Origin: a virus
Lineage: Duplodnaviria; Caudoviricetes
Length of the DNA: 25,025 nt
Virus record (IMG/VR): IMGVR_UViG_3300010362_000102
Span: 1 to 25,025 of that record
Reading direction: 5' to 3' (one strand)
Numbering within the stretch: the first letter of the stretch is position 1; each line of letters starts with the position of its first letter. Below are positions 1-7,521 of the stretch, in pieces. Position numbers and translations under genes: made by a program. The notes below the pieces were generated by a model that was given only the letters and a program-made list of their open reading frames with translations, was not told where the DNA came from and did not search any database.

Positions 1-935
1 CGCAGGTGCATGTCCCCGCCCTTGCGGGACTTGGACACGTAGGTGTAGGCGGCCTTCTCCATCTCCTCCGCGGAGATGATGTCCCCCTGCAGGTCCACCA
101 CCGGCTCGCCGTCCAACTCCACCACCGAGGCCCAGCCGAAGATCTGCTGCTTGTCCGCATCCGCCTTGGCGATCTCCCCGTTCCAGATCACCTCGACCTG
201 AGTGTCACCCTTCTGCACCCGACTTCGGTCGTAGGCCGCCTTCAGCTTCCCCCTGTCGAGTCGGATCCCGCGCTTGGGTGGAGCGGCCTTGCCGCGCCTC
301 TCGGCCCACCTGGTGACCGGGTTGTCGCCACCACCGAAGGCTTTCTCGACCTGAGCCGAGCCTCGGGCACCACTGGGCAGCCGACGCAGCGCGCCGGCAC
401 CCTTCTTGGCGTACTCGGTGCCCTTCTTCCGGACCTTCGGGTTGGTCACCGCGGCCCTGGTCAGGCTGCCTTTGGTGGGCACCGAGGAGTTGTTCAACAG
501 CTCGTCCAGGTCCTTCTTGACCAGGGCGCCCTTCGGCTTCTTGACATCACCGTGCAGGATCTTGGTGGCCATCAGCTCACCACCCAGCCCGGCGGCCTCC
601 AGGGGTAGCAGCGCGGTGGCCAGCCTCTTGGACTTCAACGCGGTCCGCAGCGGTCGGGCCGCACCGGCGATCTTCGCCGCCTTGTAGCCGTGCCGCATCT
701 CCTTGCCGGCCAACGCCAGGCCACCGGCTCCCGCAGCCGCGCCGACCCCGCTCAACGCCGCGGTGGCCGCCCGCTTCTTACGCTCATGGGTGCTCAGGTC
801 CGACTGGGCGGGATTCATCTTACTGACGCCGGATCCCATCTTGCTGATCAGCTCGTCCCCACCACCGCCGAACAGCAACTCGGCCACCTCGCGGAACGTC
901 TGGTCCGTGGCCAGCAGCTCGTGAACGGTGCTCAT
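1..935 (-). CDS. XkdF-like (Peptidase S78_2-type) prohead serine protease with a long basic/Gly-Ala N-terminal extension; 3' end runs off the window
   Basis: Not in the ORF track. Manual translation from ATG 935 (MSTVHELLATDQTF...) stays open to the window edge and ends ...EIAKADADKQQIFGWASVVELDGEPVVDLQGDIISAEEMEKAAYTYVSKSRKGGDMHL, which matches the N-terminal pattern of XkdF-like proteases (FGWASV, D-x-QGD, EKAAY, G-x-MH). It follows MuF in the head module. Confidence 0.8.
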   Translation of the reverse strand, partial: MSTVHELLATDQTFREVAELLFGGGGDELISKMGSGVSKMNPAQSDLSTHERKKRAATAALSGVGAAAGAGGLALAGKEMRHGYKAAKIAGAARPLRTALKSKRLATALLPLEAAGLGGELMATKILHGDVKKPKGALVKKDLDELLNNSSVPTKGSLTRAAVTNPKVRKKGTEYAKKGAGALRRLPSGARGSAQVEKAFGGGDNPVTRWAERRGKAAPPKRGIRLDRGKLKAAYDRSRVQKGDTQVEVIWNGEIAKADADKQQIFGWASVVELDGEPVVDLQGDIISAEEMEKAAYTYVSKSRKGGDMHL

Positions 936-941
936 AGGTCC

Positions 942-960
942 ATCGTCCTCACCTGCGCTA
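942..960 (-). promoter_or_regulatory. Promoter-like motif TAGC-N9-GACGAT, 6 nt before the ATG (leaderless-type)
   Basis: Minus strand reads TAGC gcaggtgag GACGAT ggacct ATG. The same geometry occurs at 14343-14361, 16302-16320 and 24135-24153. Confidence 0.55.
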
Positions 961-2967
961 GTCGAACGGGATCTGGTATTCCTTTGCGTCCGGGTCCACC
1001 CAGTAGACACTCAGCGCCAGGTTCGGACCGGCCTCCTCGGTCTTGACCTTGTGCGCGTTGTAGATCCCCTCAGTCACCCAGTCCTCGTATCCTCCGTGCG
1101 ATCCGGCCTGGAGCATCGCGGTCTGGCCCTCCCGCGAGTCATGTCCCTCGTCCATCCGCAGGATCCGGACATCGAAGTCCCGGGGCTGGATCCCGATCGC
1201 CTTGGCCATCTTGGAGTACTTGTACTCCTTGATCCGACGATTGCCACCGCCGTCGGACCACTCCACCTCGATGGTGTCCTCGAACCCGGTGTCCGGATCT
1301 ATGGTCCGCCCCTGATAGGCGGTCCAGCCCACCACCTGGTGGACCTCGGCGTCATCCAGCTCAGCGGTCCACCGGCGACCGGACTCATCGGTCTCCGTCA
1401 GCTCGTTCCGGTTCGAGGCGATCACCCAGTCGGCCATGTCCTGTCGTTGTTCGTTGAAGGCACCCTCGGCCTCGCCGATCACCTTGCTCAGATTGGGTGA
1501 GAAGTAGACACCGCGGTTCAGCTCCACCTGACCACTGCGCCAGTTCAGCTTCTCCGGCTTCACCACCGCGTAGACCGGGTACTCGTGACCGTTGTCGTCC
1601 TGAATCTTGAGCACCCGCCGGAAGATCGAGTAGCGCTTCGGCGGCGTGTACTCCTGCGCGGCCCGCGCCATCGACATCGCGGTCTGATCCATCTGCATCT
1701 GCATCTGCGGGGTGATCATCGACATCATCGCCGCGCGCCGCTGCTCCGGAGTCATCTGGACCTTCCGCTCGGCCTCCATCGCCTGGCCCTGCTCCATGGA
1801 CAGTCCACCGCCCATCGACAGCTTCGGCCCCATCGACAGCTTCCCGCCCATCGAGAGCTTGCCGGCGCCCATCGAGAGCTTGCCCTGTCCCATCGACAGC
1901 TTCGGCTCCTCCTCCGTGGTCTCGATGATCGGCGTCGAGATCACCGGCTGCTCCCGCTCCTTGAACCGTGGCCCGGGACGTTGCGCCGCCCGCGCTCCGG
2001 ATCGCCGGGAGAACCGCCCCGGGTTCTCCGGGTCGCCACCCCGAGGATGCTCCCGTGGATCCCATTCCGCCTTGGCGATCACGAGGCGCTTGGTGAACCG
2101 GTGCTCCAGCAACCTGACCACGCACCGGCAGTTCGGGTGCAGGCCCGGGGTCCAGAACTCTCCCTGCGAGGTCTTGAACCGCTCATTGACCCCGACCTTC
2201 TGGCCGTGCAGCGGCGCGCACACCGAGCAGGTCCGCTCGTCCTTCGCGGTGATCCAGACCTTCTCCGCCTTCTCGCTCAGCCGGCCCTTGTCCTGCAGCC
2301 ACATCCAGGCCAGCTGCTTGGACTGCTCGTCGATGTTGTGCTCCTCCTGCTCGGCCAGCTTCCTGGTCCGGGTGGTGAACGCCTTGTCGATGTAGGCCCT
2401 GGCCTTGGCCTTCAGCGGACGAGGCAGCACGTCGGACACCGGAGTGTCGAACTGCTTGGCCCCGACATAGCCGCGCATCTGGCGTGGTGACAGTCCGTAG
2501 GCGTCCAGCACCCGACCCGCGGCGGCCTTGGCCGGCACCCTCCGGTTCACCATGGCGTTGAAGCCCTCCGCCAGGCCCTCCCGCGAGGTGACGTGGAAGT
2601 ACTCCCCGATCTTCTCGGCGTGCTTGTCAGCCAGGTCGTAGAGCACGCTCATCGGCACGTCTCCGGCGTTCGCGCGCCGGTAGGCGTGGTAGTAGGCGTC
2701 CGCCATGATCGGCGCGGAGATCTTCCGGAACCGCCAGAACGCGGCCTGCCAGGCCAGATCCGCGATCCGGACTAGCTGATGGTGGGTGGGCTCGGCGATC
2801 CCGGCCAGCTCCTGTCGCATCTGCCGGACCATGGCGACCCTGGTCACCGCCAGGGCTGCCTCCAGCGCCTCCGCCGGCGAGCCCAGGAACTCCCCAGCCC
2901 GCGGGATGTCCCGGACCCGCAGATCGGTGGGATGGAATCCCAGCTCGACGTACGGCGCGGTGGTCAT
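958..2967 (-). CDS. MuF-family (SPP1 gp7/Mu gpF-like) head morphogenesis protein with C-terminal extension, 669 aa
   Basis: KVWITAKDERTCSVCAPLHG...PGLHPNCRC is the MuF signature. It lies between portal and protease, with roughly 380 aa after the MuF core. Confidence 0.85.
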   Translation of the reverse strand: MTTAPYVELGFHPTDLRVRDIPRAGEFLGSPAEALEAALAVTRVAMVRQMRQELAGIAEPTHHQLVRIADLAWQAAFWRFRKISAPIMADAYYHAYRRANAGDVPMSVLYDLADKHAEKIGEYFHVTSREGLAEGFNAMVNRRVPAKAAAGRVLDAYGLSPRQMRGYVGAKQFDTPVSDVLPRPLKAKARAYIDKAFTTRTRKLAEQEEHNIDEQSKQLAWMWLQDKGRLSEKAEKVWITAKDERTCSVCAPLHGQKVGVNERFKTSQGEFWTPGLHPNCRCVVRLLEHRFTKRLVIAKAEWDPREHPRGGDPENPGRFSRRSGARAAQRPGPRFKEREQPVISTPIIETTEEEPKLSMGQGKLSMGAGKLSMGGKLSMGPKLSMGGGLSMEQGQAMEAERKVQMTPEQRRAAMMSMITPQMQMQMDQTAMSMARAAQEYTPPKRYSIFRRVLKIQDDNGHEYPVYAVVKPEKLNWRSGQVELNRGVYFSPNLSKVIGEAEGAFNEQRQDMADWVIASNRNELTETDESGRRWTAELDDAEVHQVVGWTAYQGRTIDPDTGFEDTIEVEWSDGGGNRRIKEYKYSKMAKAIGIQPRDFDVRILRMDEGHDSREGQTAMLQAGSHGGYEDWVTEGIYNAHKVKTEEAGPNLALSVYWVDPDAKEYQIPFD
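1794..1902 (-). repeat. In-frame tandem repeat encoding (KLSMG-x1-2) x5 plus one degenerate copy
   Basis: Plus-strand unit cccatcga(c/g)agctt at 1811, 1829, 1847, 1868 and 1889. The peptide reads KLSMGQGKLSMGAGKLSMGGKLSMGPKLSMGGGLSME. Confidence 0.9.
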
Positions 2968-5900
2968 CAGGCTCCCGGCCAGACCTTGTGCTTGGCCGCG
3001 GCCTGGTTCAGCTTGTCGATCCAGGGCTTCATCGTGTCGGTCTCGTTGAAGGCGGCGAAGTCATTGTTGCTGAGGATCGTCGATCGGTTCTGCTTCCACA
3101 TCGCGGCCACGTTCCGCACCGCATCGCTCTCCTCCGGATCCTCCCCCTCGCGCTCCATCCGCTCCGCGACCGCCTGCGCCCAGGCGATCTGCCGGTCCAC
3201 GTTCACCTTCGGCTTAGCCTGCTCCTCCGAGGTTGGCGTCGGGTTGGTCTGCTGTGGCATCGCCGCATTCTTCCGCGCCGTCCGATCAGACTCGTTCATC
3301 TGGGTGAGCAGCGCCCGAGATCGCTGCAACAGCTCCATCTGGTCCAGGATCGCCTCCGGGTTCTCCCGCAGGCTCTTCTTGCCCTCACCCAGTCCGGGCG
3401 AGCGTGGATCGACTCCGAGATCCTCCAGATCCTGGGTGGTCAACCTGCTCGGATCGGCCTTCAGGTTGTTGTACATCTGCCGCAGCGCCCGGTGCTCGGC
3501 CTCGAAGTCGGCCTCGGACATCTGGCTGTACACCAGCTCCGACTTGATCCCACGACGGGACTTACGATCGATCCGATCCAGCTCCCGGCTCACCAGCTTC
3601 TTGTCCGCGCCCAGCTTGTACGGATCCTCGGTGAACGTCGGAGCCTGCTTCGGATAGATGCCCGCAGCGCTCTCCCGGTCGAACGGACGACGATCACGAT
3701 GTCCGATCGCGGTCTCCCACTTCCGCTTCAGCGCATAGTCATCGAACCCAGCCAACTTGGTGTACTGGTCCGCCCACTCCGCGAACTTGCGCTGGCCCTC
3801 CGGTCTGCGCAGATCGTCCGCGGTCATCGCTAGCGCCTCGGCGACCTTGCCCTTCTGCGATGCCTCGTCCAGGTTGACTCTGGCGTGCTGCTGAAGCTCC
3901 AGCGCAGTATCGACGATCGACTCCTCGATCTTGGCCTTGGCGTTCTCCTCACGGCGCTTCTGGTGCACGTCGTTCTTGCCCCTCGCGACACCGGCGCCGA
4001 CACCGGACTCCTCGGTCTCGGCAGGCCGCGGGCCGGTAGGCTGACGACCACCCTGGTAGTCGGCCTCCCGAGCCGAGAACTTGCCGCCCATCTTGGTGTA
4101 CTTCGGGGTCTGCGCTCCACCGAACAACCCGGCCGCCGCGGCCGATGGCCGGTTCCGACCCGGCTCCACGTAGCCCAGGTCCCGCTCGGTGTCGATCTTC
4201 TTCTCCGCATCCCGGTTCGATGCGTACCGGGTGGTGATGTAGTACGGGAACTGCTCGGCCAGCGCGAACAGCGCGGCTCGGTAGCCCTCGGAGTTCAGTC
4301 GGAACCTGGTCTCCTTCTGGTCCATCAGGTCGTCGTAGACCTGGCCCCGGATCTTGTTCCGCTCACTCTCGTTGGCACCGGCGGCTCGGGAGTTGATGAT
4401 CACTTCGGCCCGCTTCTCGTCCTGCTCGGAGATGTACGGGTTCTCCTTGAACTCCTCGATCCGCTCCAGGATCGCCTCCTGGATGTCGGCCCGTCGCCAG
4501 CCCGGACCGCTCATCTCCTCCTTGACCTCGTTCTCGATCGCCACCCGCATGTCCGGGTCGATCTCACCGCGCTCCACCTGCGCGGACTGCACTGCATCCA
4601 GCAGCTGCTCGTAGCGCCGGGTCATCCGCCGAGCCTTGTCGTTGTGTCGCCGGCCACCCCGGAAGTCCGGCTCGAAGGTCATCGTGTAGGTGCCCGACCG
4701 CGAGGTCACGGTGACCTGACGGGCTCCGCTGATCAGTCCGGTGTAGATGTCCTCCGCGGTCAGCCCGCCAACGGAACGGGTCCGGATGTACTCGCCGCCC
4801 TTCAGCGCCTTCAGGTTCTTCAGGTTGAACGGCAGGTAGTGGTCGTCCCCATAGCCCACCGCCTGGGTGGTGATCTGACCGTCGGCGTTGATGATCACGC
4901 CCTCGGACGGCGGAGTGTTGCCAGCCGCCAGATGCAGCTGGTACAGCCCCTTGTCCGGAGCCCGACCACCCCTCTTCCGGGTGGTGCGCAGGTAGTCCAC
5001 CACGTTCCGGCGACCGATCTCCCGCTCGGCCCACTCCGGAGCCCGCTCCGCCAGCGCGGCCCGACGCTCCGCCATCCGAATCAGGTTCTGTGGTGCACCT
5101 GTGCTGACCGCGACCCCGCGAGTGGGACGCTGCCGGGCTCCGGCCCGTTCGATCTCCGGCTCCGGGGCCGGACCGTACTGCTTGCCCTGCTCCACGCCCT
5201 GGCCGTAGGCACGCACCAGCGCCCGGTCCGGGGTCTTCTCGGTGCCCCGGTACCGGTATGCGGTCTTCCGGGCGGTGGGACCAAGCACCGCCTCCGCCTG
5301 CGGACCGGCGTTGCCAATGATCTGGGCGAACTTGCCGGCCATCTGGGTCTTGGATCCCTCCGGACCCAGGGTGCTCAGGAAGTCCCCGGTGGCCGAGAGC
5401 CGGCCGTAGAGCTTGGCGTTGGAGGCCTTGTCGTCCTTCCCGGACTCCAGCCAGCTCCGGGTGAAGGCACCACCGGCACCACCCTCCACGGCGTTGATCT
5501 GGGCCACCTGCTGGGGGTTCAGCGTCCCACCCAGCGCGGTGGCCAGCCCGAACGCGGCCCCACCAGCGGTCAGCGTGGTGGGCTTCGCGTCCGCTCCGAC
5601 CAGCCGGAAGCTGGGATCGGCCAACAGCTCCACCGGCGGCTTGCTGCCGACGTGCAGCTGGGTGAAGTCCTTGCCGTTCCGGTCCCGGAAGTGCAGCATC
5701 ACCGACTGGTTGCCACTGCCGCCGGTGGACTCCTTCACCGTGTCCAGGAAGTTGGCCAGCTGTCGATACTCGTCCTGGAACCGGACCCGGTCCTCCCTGC
5801 TCAGCTGGATCCCGTTGTGCTCCTTGGGAGTCTGGATGCCCAGGATCTGACGCCCGGTCTTGCCGCGCAGCAGCTCCTGCTGCTGGTGAGAGATCTTGGT

Positions 5901-6590
5901 CCGGAACCGTCCCGAGGACGGATCCCGGCGGAAGTCCTCCTCCCGCCACTGGTAGCCGTACCGCTGGGCGGCGCCGATCTTGCTGACCGGCTCCAGGCGT
6001 CGCTCCAGCAGCGCGATGGCCTGCGCGTAGCCGATCGCCTGGTCCCGGTCGTAGCCCTTGGCCACCATCCGCAGATGCGCCTGCTTCAGGTCCCCGACCT
6101 GCTTGCCGATCACCTGGTTCAGATGCCGTTGCAGGGTGCCCAGGTTCTTCTCGACGGTCTCCTCGAAGTAGTCGCTGACCACGACGTGGCAGAACATCTC
6201 CGCGGTGTCATCGTCCATCTTCATCACCAGGTCGAAGGCACGCTGCGCGGCCTCCTGATTGAAGTCCGGATCGTCGGAGACCGGGACCAGCATCTTCTTG
6301 ACCTGGCCCTTCTTCGGTGCACGCTTCCGCGGAGCCAGTTTCTCCAGGTCCCGACGCTTGATCTGCGGCATCTGGTTAGCCAACGCACCGCCGATGGTGC
6401 CGATCGCCAACGGCTGCAGCCAGCCCTTCGCACTCTTCGTGACCCGCTCCGGCGGCTTGCGGTACTTCCCCTTCTTCTTCGCCGTCCGGATCATCGCGTT
6501 GCTCTCGGCGGCGAACTTCTGGGCCCACCCCTCACCCTGACCGGCCTTCCAGTTGACGTACCGACGCTGCGCCTCGCTCCTGTACGGCAT
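2967..6590 (-). CDS. Large head-module protein (1207 aa), probable internal virion/ejected protein, with a degenerate JAB/MPN-like segment
   Basis: Long ORF whose stop overlaps the MuF start (TGATG), located between portal and MuF. N-terminus MPYRSEAQRRY, an RRDPSSGRF motif, and the segment EGVIINADG...LKGGEYIRTRSVGGLTAEDI. Function is inferred. Confidence 0.7.
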   Translation of the reverse strand: MPYRSEAQRRYVNWKAGQGEGWAQKFAAESNAMIRTAKKKGKYRKPPERVTKSAKGWLQPLAIGTIGGALANQMPQIKRRDLEKLAPRKRAPKKGQVKKMLVPVSDDPDFNQEAAQRAFDLVMKMDDDTAEMFCHVVVSDYFEETVEKNLGTLQRHLNQVIGKQVGDLKQAHLRMVAKGYDRDQAIGYAQAIALLERRLEPVSKIGAAQRYGYQWREEDFRRDPSSGRFRTKISHQQQELLRGKTGRQILGIQTPKEHNGIQLSREDRVRFQDEYRQLANFLDTVKESTGGSGNQSVMLHFRDRNGKDFTQLHVGSKPPVELLADPSFRLVGADAKPTTLTAGGAAFGLATALGGTLNPQQVAQINAVEGGAGGAFTRSWLESGKDDKASNAKLYGRLSATGDFLSTLGPEGSKTQMAGKFAQIIGNAGPQAEAVLGPTARKTAYRYRGTEKTPDRALVRAYGQGVEQGKQYGPAPEPEIERAGARQRPTRGVAVSTGAPQNLIRMAERRAALAERAPEWAEREIGRRNVVDYLRTTRKRGGRAPDKGLYQLHLAAGNTPPSEGVIINADGQITTQAVGYGDDHYLPFNLKNLKALKGGEYIRTRSVGGLTAEDIYTGLISGARQVTVTSRSGTYTMTFEPDFRGGRRHNDKARRMTRRYEQLLDAVQSAQVERGEIDPDMRVAIENEVKEEMSGPGWRRADIQEAILERIEEFKENPYISEQDEKRAEVIINSRAAGANESERNKIRGQVYDDLMDQKETRFRLNSEGYRAALFALAEQFPYYITTRYASNRDAEKKIDTERDLGYVEPGRNRPSAAAAGLFGGAQTPKYTKMGGKFSAREADYQGGRQPTGPRPAETEESGVGAGVARGKNDVHQKRREENAKAKIEESIVDTALELQQHARVNLDEASQKGKVAEALAMTADDLRRPEGQRKFAEWADQYTKLAGFDDYALKRKWETAIGHRDRRPFDRESAAGIYPKQAPTFTEDPYKLGADKKLVSRELDRIDRKSRRGIKSELVYSQMSEADFEAEHRALRQMYNNLKADPSRLTTQDLEDLGVDPRSPGLGEGKKSLRENPEAILDQMELLQRSRALLTQMNESDRTARKNAAMPQQTNPTPTSEEQAKPKVNVDRQIAWAQAVAERMEREGEDPEESDAVRNVAAMWKQNRSTILSNNDFAAFNETDTMKPWIDKLNQAAAKHKVWPGA

Positions 6591-6603
6591 GGCTCATCCC
6601 TTC
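6588..6603. repeat. 16-nt exact direct repeat (copy 1) spanning a stop/start gene junction
   Basis: catggctcatcccttc (minus GAAGGGATGAGCCATG), identical at 7506-7521. Confidence 0.85.
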
Positions 6604-7508
6604 TTGCGGTGCGCGGTGGCCAGCAGACCGCCGGCGCCGATCCCGGCAGCGACTGTGGTCGGGGTCCGGAACCTGCCCACCGCCTTGGCCGTGCCACCCA
6701 GTACCTCGGCGAAGTGCTCGTGCTGGGCGGCCGCCCCACGCAGTCTCCCGGCCTCCTGGGCCGCATGACGAGGAACGCCCTTCAGCAGATGCGGCTTCCG
6801 TCTGACCTCACCGGTTCGACGACCGGCGAGACTGGGAGCCAGCGCATTGGACCGAGCCGTCTCGCCGGCAGCCCTGACGGCGTACTTCTTCTCCTTGGTC
6901 CGCAGGAACCTGGGCACGGTATGGGTCAGTGCTGCACCGGTACCACCGGCACCGACCAGCGCGGCGTTGTAGGTGTCCGACTCCCGCCGACCCTTGGACA
7001 CCTTGTGCTTCCGCCGGTACGCCAGCCCACCGGCGACCGTCGCGGCTCCACCGACCAGCGCGGCATTGGCTGCCCTACGACCCTGTGCCAGTCCCCGGAT
7101 CACCTTCATCTCAGGCTCGATCTTCCCGTAGTTGTAGCCCCGGTAGAAGGCGGACTGCTTGCTCTTGGCCGGGCCGCTCCACTCGGCCTCGGTGTGCTTC
7201 TGCTTGAACCCGTAGATCCCGCCACCGTGGGCATGACTCCGGAAGCCGAGGATTCCTCCTGGAGCGATCTTCGTCGCGCCCCGGACCGAGGACCTGACTC
7301 CCTTGCCACGTCCCATCTGCCGTGCCGCGGTGGAGTCGGACTTCGCCTTGGGGACACCACCGGCGATCAGTCCGGTGCCACCGGCCACCGCCCCGGCACC
7401 GACGACCGCAGTACCCCGTCGGTTCCGCTTGGTGGACGACTCGGCCTTGCTCACGCCGCTTTGCGAAGTGCCGATCCCACCATGGTCCACCCCGAACGCG
7501 CTGATCAT
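6594..7508 (-). CDS. Basic Gly/Ala-rich hypothetical protein (304 aa) with four small-residue hydrophobic stretches; possible internal virion protein
   Basis: ORF directly after the portal, starting MISAFGVDHG...GVSK. Hydrophobic stretches are AVVGAGAVAGGTGLIAGGV, ALVGGAATVAGGLAY, AALVGAGGTGAAL and VAAGIGAGGLLA. Confidence 0.75.
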   Translation of the reverse strand: MISAFGVDHGGIGTSQSGVSKAESSTKRNRRGTAVVGAGAVAGGTGLIAGGVPKAKSDSTAARQMGRGKGVRSSVRGATKIAPGGILGFRSHAHGGGIYGFKQKHTEAEWSGPAKSKQSAFYRGYNYGKIEPEMKVIRGLAQGRRAANAALVGGAATVAGGLAYRRKHKVSKGRRESDTYNAALVGAGGTGAALTHTVPRFLRTKEKKYAVRAAGETARSNALAPSLAGRRTGEVRRKPHLLKGVPRHAAQEAGRLRGAAAQHEHFAEVLGGTAKAVGRFRTPTTVAAGIGAGGLLATAHRKKG

Positions 7509-7521
7509 GGCTCATCCCTTC
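7506..7521. repeat. 16-nt exact direct repeat (copy 2)
   Basis: catggctcatcccttc, identical to 6588-6603. Confidence 0.85.

Noticed and set aside
6-1500. Several plus-strand ORFs at the window start
   Set aside because: They are shadows of the minus-strand protease and MuF genes, which carry the recognisable motifs.
1794-1902. Short direct repeats considered as a CRISPR-like array
   Set aside because: The spacers are only 4-7 nt, the periods are multiples of 3, and the unit encodes a peptide repeat within MuF.
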